From Bacteroidales bacterium (GTDB taxonomy: Bacteria; Bacteroidota; Bacteroidia; Bacteroidales; 4484-276): 40,190 nt of DNA. Shown in pieces: positions 9,648 to 18,847 of the stretch. The position numbers were made by a program, and so were the translations under genes. Below the pieces are notes generated by a model. It did no database searches and had not been told where the DNA came from. It saw only the letters and a program-made list of their open reading frames with translations. Positions within the stretch are counted from its first letter, which is position 1. The number at the start of each line of letters is the position of its first letter. The stretch is taken from contig JAAYIU010000071.1 of assembly GCA_012523265.1 (NCBI GenBank), forward strand, positions 1 to 40,190, in the 5' to 3' direction.

Positions 9648-10646
9648 ATGAAAAAGCTCCAAAAGCTTTCTGTCCTGCTGTTATTAATTGTTCTGGCTGC
9701 TACTATGCAGGCTCAGGATTACACCTATTCACAGTTTTATGCCAATCCGGTTTACCTCAACCCTGCCCTTGCCGGCTCCGCCTATTGCCCGCGCATTACG
9801 CTCAACTACCGCAACCAGTGGCCGCAGTTGCCGGCGTCGTTTGTTTCGTACAGCGCTGCCTACGACCAGCATGTCGATTTTATCTCCGGCGGCGTGGGCG
9901 TGCAGTTTCAATACGATAAAAGCGGCCAGGCAGCTATCCGTCAGTTTCGCCTTGGCGGGATGTATGCTTACCGGCTCGACATCGCCGAGCGGTGGCAGGC
10001 AAGCATGGCCCTCGAAGCGGCCTTTGGCCAACGGGGCGTCAGTTGGGACGACCTCGTTTTTGCTTCACGCATCGACCCGGCAAGCGGCAACCTGCTCCCA
10101 TCGGGGCCTCCCCCCGACAACTTTCGCGACAACGTCAACTACGCAGATTTTGCAGCCGGCTTTGTGGTAGGTTTTGATGAGAAAATTTTTCTGGGTGGCG
10201 CCGTGCATCATCTCACCACGCCTGACGTAGGCTTCATTAGCGAAAGCGACAACAAGCTGCCGATGAAAATTACGGTACACGCCGGGGCAAATATCGAAAG
10301 TGGCGGCCGCCGCAGCTACCGGAGCCGCGGGCCGGAACTAACCATTTCGCCCAATATTCTGTATCAGCAGCAAGGCGACTTCCGTCAGCTCAATATTGGC
10401 ACCTATTTTACGTTTGCACCTTTTGTTGGCGGCCTTTGGTATCGCCATGCGTTCGAAAATGCCGATGCCGTCATCGTACTGCTGGGATTACAATACAACA
10501 ATCTGAAGTTCGGTTACAGTTTCGACTACACTGTCTCCACACTGGCTATAGCCAGTGGTGGAGCACACGAAATATCTGTCGGCTGGCTTTTTGATTGCGA
10601 CAAAAAAAGTAACCGTTCCAGAGCAATAAAGTGTCCATCGTTTTAG
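9648..10646 (+). CDS. PorP/SprF family T9SS outer-membrane protein
   Basis: AQDYTYSQFYANPVYLNPALAG, NYRNQWP, GYSFDYT, GGAHEIS and C-terminal CPSF are PorP/SprF hallmarks; start moved to ATG 9648 (MKK signal peptide). Confidence 0.9.
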   Translation: MKKLQKLSVLLLLIVLAATMQAQDYTYSQFYANPVYLNPALAGSAYCPRITLNYRNQWPQLPASFVSYSAAYDQHVDFISGGVGVQFQYDKSGQAAIRQFRLGGMYAYRLDIAERWQASMALEAAFGQRGVSWDDLVFASRIDPASGNLLPSGPPPDNFRDNVNYADFAAGFVVGFDEKIFLGGAVHHLTTPDVGFISESDNKLPMKITVHAGANIESGGRRSYRSRGPELTISPNILYQQQGDFRQLNIGTYFTFAPFVGGLWYRHAFENADAVIVLLGLQYNNLKFGYSFDYTVSTLAIASGGAHEISVGWLFDCDKKSNRSRAIKCPSF

Positions 10647-10676
10647 TTAATTAAACCTATTTGCAAAAAAATCTTA

Positions 10677-12173
10677 ATGATGATAATCAAAAATCAGCAA
10701 ATTATAAGCCTGATAACCGTTGTGGCGTTAGCGTTCACGCTCTCTTCGTGCAGCGGAATCTTTGGATCGAAAAAGAAAACTTCGGCTACCACCGGATGGG
10801 ATTACAACAGTAGCACCAACGGAGGCTTTGCTGTTTCGGATATCAACGAACAGGAAACCGGCCCCGGATTGGTTTTCGTAGAAGGCGGCACCTTTGTTAT
10901 GGGACAAATGGGTGAAGACCCGATGTACGAAAATTCCGCTCCCGCACGCCGCGTCACGGTTCGTTCGTTTTATATGGACGAAACAGAGGTTACCAATCTC
11001 GATTATCTGGAATACCTCTACTGGCTAAGCAGGGTTTTCGGCGCTGATTATCCGGAGGTTTACCGCAAAGCGCTACCCGACACATTGGTGTGGCGCTCAC
11101 GGCTGGCTTACAACGAACCGTTGGCCAACCTTTATCTGCGTCATCCGGCCTACCACGATTATCCTGTGGTTGGCGTTACCTGGGTGCAGGCCACAGATTA
11201 CTGCCAGTGGCGTAGCGATCGTGTAAACGAGCTGTTGCTCATCAAAGCCGGCGTATTAGCCGAAGACCCGGACCAACGCAATGAAAATAGTTTCAATACC
11301 GAGGCTTACCTGGCGGGACAATATACCGGCTTGGTAAATAAGCCTATCGAAGACCTGGATCCCAGCAGCACCGGCGGGCGTAATGCACGCCTGGAAGACG
11401 GCATTATGCTTCCCAACTACCGGCTGCCCACCGAAGCCGAATGGGAATATGCTGCCTTAGGACTTTATGGCGACAATGAGCTTATCACCGAACGCCGCAT
11501 CTATCCGTGGGACGGTCATCTGGTGCGCAGTACCGGCGGCAAAAAAGAATATGGCAACTACATGGCCAACTTCAAACGTGCACGCGGCGACTACATGGGC
11601 GTTGCCGGAAGCCTCAACGATGGCGCCGACATCACAGCGCCGGTGGGCACCTATCCGGCCAACGACTTTGGCTTGTACAATATGGCCGGCAACGTTTCGG
11701 AGTGGGTGCAGGATGTCTATCGTAGCCTTAGCCACGAAGATGTTGCCGACTTCAGCCCGTTCAGAGGAAATATCTTTACCACCCCCGTGCTCGACGCCGA
11801 AGGCAACATCGCCGAAAAAGACAGCCTCGGACGAATCCGCTATCGCGAAATAACCATTAACGAAGCGCAGGACAGGTTTAACTACCGCGAAGCCGACAAC
11901 GTAAACTATCTCGACGGCGACAACCGCTCGGTGAACGATCCCGGCAAATGGCTCGACGACGTGAACAACGCCAACTCAACCAACCTGATGTACGACTACA
12001 AAAGCAGCAGCCTGATCAACGACCAGGCCCGCGTTTACAAAGGCGGCTCCTGGAAAGATGGCCCCTACTACCTCAGCCCGGGCGTGCGCAGATATCTCGA
12101 CCAAAACAAAGCCACCGATTATCTCGGATTCCGCTGCGCCATGGATCGCGTAGGGACTTCCGTGAAATTTTAA
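10677..12173 (+). CDS. gldJ: Gliding motility lipoprotein GldJ (FGE-sulfatase/SUMF1 fold)
   Basis: Lipobox LSSC; SATTGWDYN...GGF, GPGLVFVEGGTFVMG, ALPDTLVWR, YRLPTEAEWEYAA, GFRCAM; synteny with porU and murF. Confidence 0.82.
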   Translation: MMIIKNQQIISLITVVALAFTLSSCSGIFGSKKKTSATTGWDYNSSTNGGFAVSDINEQETGPGLVFVEGGTFVMGQMGEDPMYENSAPARRVTVRSFYMDETEVTNLDYLEYLYWLSRVFGADYPEVYRKALPDTLVWRSRLAYNEPLANLYLRHPAYHDYPVVGVTWVQATDYCQWRSDRVNELLLIKAGVLAEDPDQRNENSFNTEAYLAGQYTGLVNKPIEDLDPSSTGGRNARLEDGIMLPNYRLPTEAEWEYAALGLYGDNELITERRIYPWDGHLVRSTGGKKEYGNYMANFKRARGDYMGVAGSLNDGADITAPVGTYPANDFGLYNMAGNVSEWVQDVYRSLSHEDVADFSPFRGNIFTTPVLDAEGNIAEKDSLGRIRYREITINEAQDRFNYREADNVNYLDGDNRSVNDPGKWLDDVNNANSTNLMYDYKSSSLINDQARVYKGGSWKDGPYYLSPGVRRYLDQNKATDYLGFRCAMDRVGTSVKF

Positions 12174-12211
12174 AAAATAACGCCGCTTTAGGCGGAGATC
12201 AAAAATTAGAT

Positions 12212-12256
12212 AAACGCTGTATCTGTTTTCACAAAAAACGATACAGCGTTTTTTTT
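12212..12256 (+). terminator. Intrinsic terminator after gldJ
   Basis: 12-bp stem AAACGCTGTATC / GATACAGCGTTT followed by a T-run. Confidence 0.8.
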
Positions 12257-12298
12257 GTCTGCTTTTTTTCGATTATTTTGCCATCACAATAGCAACCT

Positions 12299-13594
12299 AT
12301 GACGACAAAAGAACTTTACGAAATTTATAACCGACACCCGCAAATCACCACCGACTCACGAAACATTGCTGCCGGCAGCATATTCTTTGCCCTGAAAGGT
12401 GATAGTTTCGACGGGAATCGCTTTGCTCTGGCTGCACTGCGCGAAGGCGCCGCGTGGGCAGTGGTGGACGATGCCGGCCTGGAAAATCATCAAAAAATAA
12501 TTCTGGTGAATGATGTGTTGGAATCATTGCAACAACTGGCGCAACATCACCGCAGGCAGCTCTGCATTCCCGTTATCGGTATTACAGGCAGCAATGGCAA
12601 AACCGCCACCAAGGAGCTTATCAGCCAGGCGTTGCTGACAAAGTATAAAACTACGGCTACCCGTGGCAATCTCAACAACCACATCGGTGTGCCGCTTTCT
12701 ATTCTTTCGATTACTAATGATGTTGAAATAGCAGTGATAGAAATGGGCGCCAACCACCAGGGAGAAATCGCATCGCTGTGCCGCATCGCCCGTCCCGATT
12801 ACGGCATCATCACCAATATCGGGCGCGCCCACCTCGAAGGCTTTGGTGGCTATGCCGGTGTAATAAAGGCCAAAACGGAGCTGTACGATTTTATCCGTGA
12901 AAATGGCGGGCATCTTTTCGTTCATCACGACGATGCTTTATTGATGGAAAAATCTGCCGGCATCCCGCGCACCACTTATGGCGCTTTGCCTGCCGCTGAC
13001 GTTCAGGGATTCATCACCGAAAAATTCCCCGTACTGGCACTGCAACTTGCGCATCCCGCTAAGGGAACCACCATCAACACCCAACTGGCCGGCAGCTACA
13101 ACTTCCCCAATGTGATGGCCGCCGTTGCCATTGCACGCTATTTCGGCGCCGACCTGCATGCTGTAGCCAGGGCTTTGCGAAATTACCAGCCTGCAAACAA
13201 TCGCTCGCAATGGCAAACCACATCCCAAAACAAACTGCTTATCGACCTCTACAACGCCAACCCCGGAAGCATGGCTGCGGCAATCGAAAACTTTGCCCAA
13301 GCGCCTTACGGCAATAAAATGCTCATCCTGGGCGATATGCTGGAGCTGGGCGCCGAAAGCTATGCCGAACATGCCACCATCATTAGGATGGCGCAAGATG
13401 CTGATTTTGAAAAAGTGATTTTGGTAGGAAAACACTTTTTAGCTTTCGCTGATGAAGCCTCCACGAAATTCTTGCTTTTTGTAAATGCCGATGCAGCCCG
13501 TAAAGCTATTCATGAAATGAATTTAAAAAACAAAACAATTCTGCTGAAAGGCTCGCGGGGTATCCGGCTCGAAAAAATATTGGATATTTTATAA
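12299..13594 (+). CDS. murF: UDP-N-acetylmuramoyl-tripeptide--D-Ala-D-Ala ligase
   Basis: TDSR, ITGSNGKT, GNLNNHIGVP, EMGANH, YNANP, ILGDMLELG and LKGSRG motifs. Confidence 0.95.
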   Translation: MTTKELYEIYNRHPQITTDSRNIAAGSIFFALKGDSFDGNRFALAALREGAAWAVVDDAGLENHQKIILVNDVLESLQQLAQHHRRQLCIPVIGITGSNGKTATKELISQALLTKYKTTATRGNLNNHIGVPLSILSITNDVEIAVIEMGANHQGEIASLCRIARPDYGIITNIGRAHLEGFGGYAGVIKAKTELYDFIRENGGHLFVHHDDALLMEKSAGIPRTTYGALPAADVQGFITEKFPVLALQLAHPAKGTTINTQLAGSYNFPNVMAAVAIARYFGADLHAVARALRNYQPANNRSQWQTTSQNKLLIDLYNANPGSMAAAIENFAQAPYGNKMLILGDMLELGAESYAEHATIIRMAQDADFEKVILVGKHFLAFADEASTKFLLFVNADAARKAIHEMNLKNKTILLKGSRGIRLEKILDIL

Positions 13595-13604
13595 AAAATG
13601 GGAT

Positions 13605-13653
13605 GTACAGACGCACGGCTCCCGCTTGGGCGGGGCAGGCCGTGCGTCTCTAT
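13605..13653. repeat. REP-like palindrome with a 21-bp hairpin inserted at its centre
   Basis: GTACAGACGCACGG-[CTCCCGCTTGGGCGGGGCAGG]-CCGTGCGTCTCTAT; the outer arms form an 11-bp perfect inverted repeat. Confidence 0.7.
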
Positions 13654-13668
13654 AAATAAAATTTTATT

Positions 13669-14724
13669 ATGGAACAAATCACCGCCTTAGGAATGATGTC
13701 GGGCACTTCGCTGGATGGCCTCGACATCGCCTGCTGCCGCTTTGGCCTGGCAGAGGCTCGCTGGGATTATGAGATTCTTTGCGCCGAAACCATCCACTAC
13801 TCCGATCATTGGCGCCGGCGCCTGGATCGGGCACCGCAGCTTAATGGCTTTGATCTTACGGCGTTGGATGCCGACTTTGGGCGCTATGCCGGCGAAGAGG
13901 CCGCAGCGTTTATTCGTCGCAACAATTGCCGGCCGCTTTTCGTGGCTTCGCACGGGCACACAGTTTTTCACCAGCCGGAGCAGGGGCTAACGCTTCAGAT
14001 CGGCCATGGCGCGCATCTGGCTGCCGCGGCAGGCATAAGAGTAATCAACGATTTCCGTTCGCTGGATGTGGCGCTGGGCGGGCAGGGAGCTCCATTGGTC
14101 CCCGCCGGTGATGCTTTACTTTTTGAACAATATGGGCTGTGCCTCAATTTGGGTGGTTTTGCAAATATTTCTTACCAGCTGGGTGATCATCGTCTTGCCA
14201 GCGATATTTCGCCGGCTAATATGGCGCTCAACTTTTTGGCCCGGCGCGCCGGAAAACTTTACGATAAAGATGGAGCTATGGCTGCCGTCGGAGCCATTAT
14301 CCACCCACTGCTGGAGCAGCTCGACGCATTGCCATTTTATCAGCAACCTACTCCAAAGTCGCTGGGACGCGAATGGTTTGAATCGCAAATGCTGCCGCTG
14401 ATAGAAGCGCACCATGCAGCTCCTGCCGACCTTTTGTGCACCCTCACCGAACATATTGCCCGGCAGGTAGCGGCTGTGGCTGATGTGGTGCCATCCTCCA
14501 CTTTGCTGGCAACAGGCGGCGGCACCCACAATCATTTTCTGATACAGCGCATTGGCCATCACACCCGACACGAGATTATTATTCCTGAGCCTTTGCTCAT
14601 CGATTACAAAGAAGCGCTGGTTTTTGCCTTTCTGGGAGTTTTGCGCTTACGCGGAAAAAATAATTGTCTGGCATCGGTTACGGGTGCCCGCACCGATAAC
14701 AGCGGCGGGAGTATTTGGGGATAG
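13669..14724 (+). CDS. anmK: Anhydro-N-acetylmuramic acid kinase
   Basis: GMMSGTSLDGLD, SHGHTVFHQP, GGQGAPLVP, LNLGGFAN, PKSLGRE and KEALVFA motifs. Confidence 0.95.
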   Translation: MEQITALGMMSGTSLDGLDIACCRFGLAEARWDYEILCAETIHYSDHWRRRLDRAPQLNGFDLTALDADFGRYAGEEAAAFIRRNNCRPLFVASHGHTVFHQPEQGLTLQIGHGAHLAAAAGIRVINDFRSLDVALGGQGAPLVPAGDALLFEQYGLCLNLGGFANISYQLGDHRLASDISPANMALNFLARRAGKLYDKDGAMAAVGAIIHPLLEQLDALPFYQQPTPKSLGREWFESQMLPLIEAHHAAPADLLCTLTEHIARQVAAVADVVPSSTLLATGGGTHNHFLIQRIGHHTRHEIIIPEPLLIDYKEALVFAFLGVLRLRGKNNCLASVTGARTDNSGGSIWG

Positions 14725-14816
14725 ACTTTAATAATCCCTAAAGCTGCTGCCTTCCGATTTCTTCCTAAAGCAAGCTAAGATGGCTACCATAAACGCATCC
14801 TATTATTCTGATTATT

Positions 14817-14872
14817 TGGGCTAAAGCCCACTGAAATTTTTCTACCTTTTCCCCCCGGCCTAAAGGCCAGGG
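14817..14872. repeat. Pair of REP-like hairpins sharing a CTAAAG core
   Basis: TGGGCTAAAGCCCA (14817-14830) and CCCCGGCCTAAAGGCCAGGG (14853-14872) between the convergent anmK and trpF-like genes. Confidence 0.55.
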
Positions 14873-14959
14873 TTAGTGAACCCCCGGCTACAATAATTTA
14901 TATCAGAGCCGATAAGATTGGATTAACAAATTTATTTCTGTATTAACAACTTTCCAACG

Positions 14960-15664
14960 CTACAACCCGCCAGTTTTATGATAACTTTCCTTTGCGTTTT
15001 CCACAAACGCTGTTACCAGCCGTGGGTCTTTGCAACCATTGGCATCTTCCACGCCGGTATGTACATCCACGCCGGCAGCGCCTGTAATTCGGATGGCCTC
15101 AGCAACATTGCCGGGGTGAAGTCCGCCGGCAACGATCACCGGGCGGGGGCTTTTTGCAACGATGCGCCTGGTGATGTTCCAGTCGTGGGTTTTGCCGGTA
15201 GCTCCGGAGGCGCCGGTGACAGGATCGTAAGTGTCGGTGATGAAGGCATCCACGAAAGGTGCGGTGGCGCCAAAGGTTTGGAGCAGCTCCTGCTCGTTTC
15301 CGGCTTTTACTACCAAACTTTTCCAGATTTCAATAGCCATTGCCGGCAATGATTCCGACCGACTCAACCGCCGCAGCTTTTCGAGCTCAGCCACCGAAAC
15401 GGCGCCATGCAACTGCACGATGTTGCAACCAATTTGTTGCAATAATTCATAAATAGCTGTCGCTTTCGCTAAATAGGTGATCAGCACCGGACGAATGACC
15501 GACGGTAGTTTGCGAATGATTCGGGCGACAGCTTCGTCGCTTAGGTCGGGACGGTGGACGTCCAAATGCAAAGGAAAGCCAATATGTGTGGCGCCTGAAG
15601 CACTGATCATTTCGGCTTCGTCCCAATTACGAACACCGGCAATCTGGATAATGGGAGCTGTCAT
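14960..15664 (-). CDS. trpF: Phosphoribosylanthranilate isomerase-like TIM-barrel protein
   Basis: VQLHG, GATGKTHDW, VAGGLHPGNV, GVDVHTGVE and KDP motifs; N-terminal QIAG replaces the usual KICG. Confidence 0.75.
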   Translation of the reverse strand: MTAPIIQIAGVRNWDEAEMISASGATHIGFPLHLDVHRPDLSDEAVARIIRKLPSVIRPVLITYLAKATAIYELLQQIGCNIVQLHGAVSVAELEKLRRLSRSESLPAMAIEIWKSLVVKAGNEQELLQTFGATAPFVDAFITDTYDPVTGASGATGKTHDWNITRRIVAKSPRPVIVAGGLHPGNVAEAIRITGAAGVDVHTGVEDANGCKDPRLVTAFVENAKESYHKTGGL

Positions 15665-15748
15665 ACTATTAAAACATCCAAACTTAAATAGTTAAAAAAT
15701 AACGCACTTAATCTTAAGAGATCACCAGCTTCCCAATCCAGCCGAAAG

Positions 15749-16477
15749 CTACTTTTCTATCAATCGACGAAGCGCCACCGAGGCACAGTAGCACCCAAAC
15801 ATGGCCGGCATATAGGAGATGGTGCCAACGGTAGATTTTTTGTTGGGTTCGTCATCAACAGGTTTTACAGCACTTTTCTCGACCGTTTCCGGCGAAAACA
15901 CCGCCTGAAAGCCATCTTTGACGCCGAATTTCTGCAAGCGTTTGCGAATGTAAAAAGCCAACTTGCAGCCGGAGGTCCGGGAGATATCAGCCACGGTGAT
16001 CATGGCCGGGTTGAGTTTGCCACCGGCGCCCATAGAGCTAACCAGAGGGCGATTGTAGCGCAAAGCCGCCAGGATAAAAAATACCTTGGGCGAGAGCGTG
16101 TCGATGGCATCGATCACATAATCGTAAGGATGACTTAGCAGCTCGTTGATTCGTTGATTTTTTAAAAACTCATCAACAACCACCAGCTCTACATCGGGAT
16201 TGATATCGCGCAGCCGCATGGCCATGAGCTGTGATTTGCGCTGGCCTTGTGTGCTGGCGAGCGCGAGCAGTTGTCGGTTGCGGTTGCTGGGCGTCACGCT
16301 GTCGCCGTCAACAATGGTGAGCTTCCCCACTCCTGCGCGGCACAACTGTTCGGCAGCAAAGGCGCCCACGCCGCCCAGGCCGGCCACCAGCACATGGCTT
16401 TGCTGCAGCCGCTCCAGCTTTTCATCTCCAAGCAGCAACCCGGTGCGGCTTCTCCAGTTTTCGTCAGACTGCATCAT
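15749..16477 (-). CDS. tcdA: tRNA threonylcarbamoyladenosine dehydratase (ThiF/E1-like)
   Basis: GLGGVG, DGDSVTPSNRNRQ, VIDAID, SSMGAG and GTISYMPA motifs. Confidence 0.88.
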   Translation of the reverse strand: MMQSDENWRSRTGLLLGDEKLERLQQSHVLVAGLGGVGAFAAEQLCRAGVGKLTIVDGDSVTPSNRNRQLLALASTQGQRKSQLMAMRLRDINPDVELVVVDEFLKNQRINELLSHPYDYVIDAIDTLSPKVFFILAALRYNRPLVSSMGAGGKLNPAMITVADISRTSGCKLAFYIRKRLQKFGVKDGFQAVFSPETVEKSAVKPVDDEPNKKSTVGTISYMPAMFGCYCASVALRRLIEK

Positions 16478-17139
16478 TTACCAAAACATTTTTTAAAATT
16501 ACGCTCAATTATTTCCATCAACTGCTCCGTTTTTAAACTTCGCAGCACGGCAGCCCGCTCATACAACTGCTTGATGTCGGCATCGGTGTTGTCGGTTTCC
16601 AGAAACAATTGTTCGGTGGGAATATTTTGAAAAACCTGTGCCAGTCTGGAATTTTGTTTTAATAAAGGTGTGCCAAATGAGAGATAAAAACCATGTGTGA
16701 GAAGCTGCCTGGCCGCCTGCTGGTTACCACGAAAGCCATGGATAATGAGTGGAATATGGGCTTTGGATTCTTTGTACGCCCGGATAATGTCGGGATAGGA
16801 TTTTACTGCATGCACGATCACAGGCATGTCGGATTTTTCGGCCAGAGAGAGGTGCCGGGAGAAAATATTGTGCTGAAGCCCTATCGCCGTTTCGAGGCTT
16901 CGGTCGAGGCCGGTTTCGCCAACTGCGATCACTTTTTCATGGTGCACTGCCTTTTCAAGCCATGAAAATATTTCATCAGACCTCCGGGCATCGACGTGCC
17001 AGGGATGCCATCCCACCGAGTACCACACCTGCGGCTGCGGCTGTATTAGCTTTAGCTGATCATGAAACAGGCTGTGAATCTGCACCACGTTTTCGGAGCG
17101 CTTATCGGTGTGTGTATGTACGTCGTAATAAACCGGCAT
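16474..17139 (-). CDS. tatD: TatD family metal-dependent hydrolase/DNase
   Basis: DVHTH, GWHPW, AVGETGLD, IVHAVK, IHGF and LETD motifs; start may instead be TTG at 17157. Confidence 0.85.
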   Translation of the reverse strand: MPVYYDVHTHTDKRSENVVQIHSLFHDQLKLIQPQPQVWYSVGWHPWHVDARRSDEIFSWLEKAVHHEKVIAVGETGLDRSLETAIGLQHNIFSRHLSLAEKSDMPVIVHAVKSYPDIIRAYKESKAHIPLIIHGFRGNQQAARQLLTHGFYLSFGTPLLKQNSRLAQVFQNIPTEQLFLETDNTDADIKQLYERAAVLRSLKTEQLMEIIERNFKKCFGK

Positions 17140-17153
17140 GGAACATAGAAAAA

Positions 17154-17879
17154 TCAATAGCTTTCAAATCTAAAAAATTCGCCATCGTCCCACTGCTTCT
17201 CGCCATGCCACCAGCCTACGGAGCCTTTGTGTGGGATCAGCCGGTTTTGATACAATATCTCTTTGTGGATGTGTCCGCCAAAGGTGTGGTATTCAAAAGT
17301 TTTTACCTCGCCGGGGTTGCCCCATCGTTTCATCCACACCTCTTTAAGAGCGCCTTGCTCATCGATGATAAGATGCAGCGGTTGGTCTTCTGTATTGATT
17401 TTCCACCGGGCAGTGATGTGATTTTTATCTACCACTTCCCAGGTTACTGCAGGGTGGATGAGCAGATGTGGCGCAAAGATGCCCTCAAGGCGGGCACGTC
17501 CTTCGGCTGAGCGGCTTACGTCGGCGCCATCAGCGCGCGTCACAGGTATCACACCAAACAACTTCCACTGCATGGCGCCGGTATTTTTATTAAAATAATC
17601 ATACCCTTTTATAGGTAAAATTCCCATGCGTACCGTAGCTTCCCACAGAAAACCTTTGAGAGGGTTTGTGTAAAGTGTTGATGTAAAATTAGACCAATTA
17701 ACCAACTTGATGATGCCCCGCAAACGCGTGCTAATGAGCGTTCCTCCGGGAATTCCTTGTGGCAGATGACGACGGAAATACCTGGCTACGGGTTCGGGAT
17801 AACTCTTGAGCAGCTCCATGCGGTCGAAGCCGCTGCTGCTGTCGAGTGTTAAAGCTGCAAGAATTTCGTCACGGTTCAT
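17154..17879 (-). CDS. Conserved hypothetical protein (DUF6544-like)
   Basis: PEPVARYF, GFLWEA, G.D.F...GAMQWKLFG.IPV and RWG motifs resemble DUF6544; start uncertain (17879 or 17912). Confidence 0.6.
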   Translation of the reverse strand: MNRDEILAALTLDSSSGFDRMELLKSYPEPVARYFRRHLPQGIPGGTLISTRLRGIIKLVNWSNFTSTLYTNPLKGFLWEATVRMGILPIKGYDYFNKNTGAMQWKLFGVIPVTRADGADVSRSAEGRARLEGIFAPHLLIHPAVTWEVVDKNHITARWKINTEDQPLHLIIDEQGALKEVWMKRWGNPGEVKTFEYHTFGGHIHKEILYQNRLIPHKGSVGWWHGEKQWDDGEFFRFESY

Positions 17880-17963
17880 TGGTGTTTTGTTTTTATTAAT
17901 TTCCAAACGCACGTTGATTTTAAAAAAAAATTTAAAACATTGCGATGTATTAAAGTTTTATGT

Positions 17964-18037
17964 TAGCTTTGCCAGCTATCGTTTATGAAGGAGGATTACT
18001 TGTATCCCTGTTGCCTGATTTGCAGCAGGGATTTTTT
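17964..18037 (+). ncRNA. Candidate small RNA unit (promoter box, ~60-nt transcript, terminator)
   Basis: TAGCTTTG -7 box with TTG 21 bp upstream; stem ATCCCTGTTGC/GCAGCAGGGAT plus T-run on the + strand, opposite to both flanking genes. Confidence 0.4.
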
Positions 18038-18052
18038 AATTTACTCCGCCGG

Positions 18053-18724
18053 TTAAACGTTAGAAAGCATGTTTCGCAGGTGGTCGAATTTCTGCTGGTA
18101 GTCGGTCACGCTGCGTACGATTACTTCATGAGCTTCCTCTATTCCGTAGGTATGTGTGATCTCGGCATTGCGATGGCGGCCGGGTAAATCTTTGTAGGTG
18201 AGGAAGTAATGTTTTAGCCGGTCGATGACCAGCAGAGAGCAGTCGGCCAGGGCGTTGTATCCGCCATACACGGCATCGTCGGCCAGCACGGCCACAATTT
18301 TGTCGTCGGCCTGATTGTCGTCTATCATTCTGAAACCGCCAATAGGACGTGCCTGCACCAGTATGTCGCCGTGGGCAATTGTTTTCTCGGTGAGGATGCA
18401 AATGTCGAGTGGGTCGCGGTCGCCGGTGATGTCGGTACGGCCGGTTTTTTCCATGCAAAACTCGGCCACTTTTTCCCAGCAGAAAGTCTGTGGGATGAAA
18501 CCATACAAGGCCGGGATGACGTTGGAATATTTCTGTGGGCGGTCTATTTTCAGATAGCCTGTCTCTTTGTCGATTTCGTATTTCACCGTGTCGGTAGGAA
18601 CCATTTCGATGAAACAGGTAACTACTTCGGGCGCATTATTGCCAATATCTACGCCATGCCACGGGTGCGATTTGTAGCGCAGCCCCATCAGCTTGCCGAT
18701 GGGATCCATCAATTTGTTGCTCAT
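18053..18724 (-). CDS. ppa: Family I inorganic pyrophosphatase
   Basis: HPWHG, KYEIDK, YGFIPQT, DRDPLDI, DDKI and HYFLTYK motifs. Confidence 0.92.
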   Translation of the reverse strand: MSNKLMDPIGKLMGLRYKSHPWHGVDIGNNAPEVVTCFIEMVPTDTVKYEIDKETGYLKIDRPQKYSNVIPALYGFIPQTFCWEKVAEFCMEKTGRTDITGDRDPLDICILTEKTIAHGDILVQARPIGGFRMIDDNQADDKIVAVLADDAVYGGYNALADCSLLVIDRLKHYFLTYKDLPGRHRNAEITHTYGIEEAHEVIVRSVTDYQQKFDHLRNMLSNV

Positions 18725-18755
18725 ACTGTTGATTGCTCTTATGTAAATTTTGCCG

Positions 18756-18763
18756 CAAAATTA
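18756..18763 (-). promoter_or_regulatory. -7 box for ppa
   Basis: CAAAATTA reads TAATTTTG on the minus strand, about 30 bp upstream of the ppa start. Confidence 0.6.
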
Positions 18764-18847
18764 CAGATAATATTTTTGCACATAAATCGTATTGCGGAAA
18801 GCGGCAATCAAAAGGCAAAAAAAGTTAGTGACTTTGATAAAATGACC

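Noticed and set aside
10677-12173. Formylglycine-generating enzyme or GldK/PorK
   Set aside because: The lipobox, the TGWxYN...GGF N-terminus and the porU/murF context favour GldJ, and no gldL/M/N genes follow.
17985-18056. 23-aa mini-ORF MKEDYLYPCCLICSRDFLIYSAG
   Set aside because: It runs through the terminator hairpin and into the ppa stop codon; a non-coding reading is simpler, though a peptide is not excluded.
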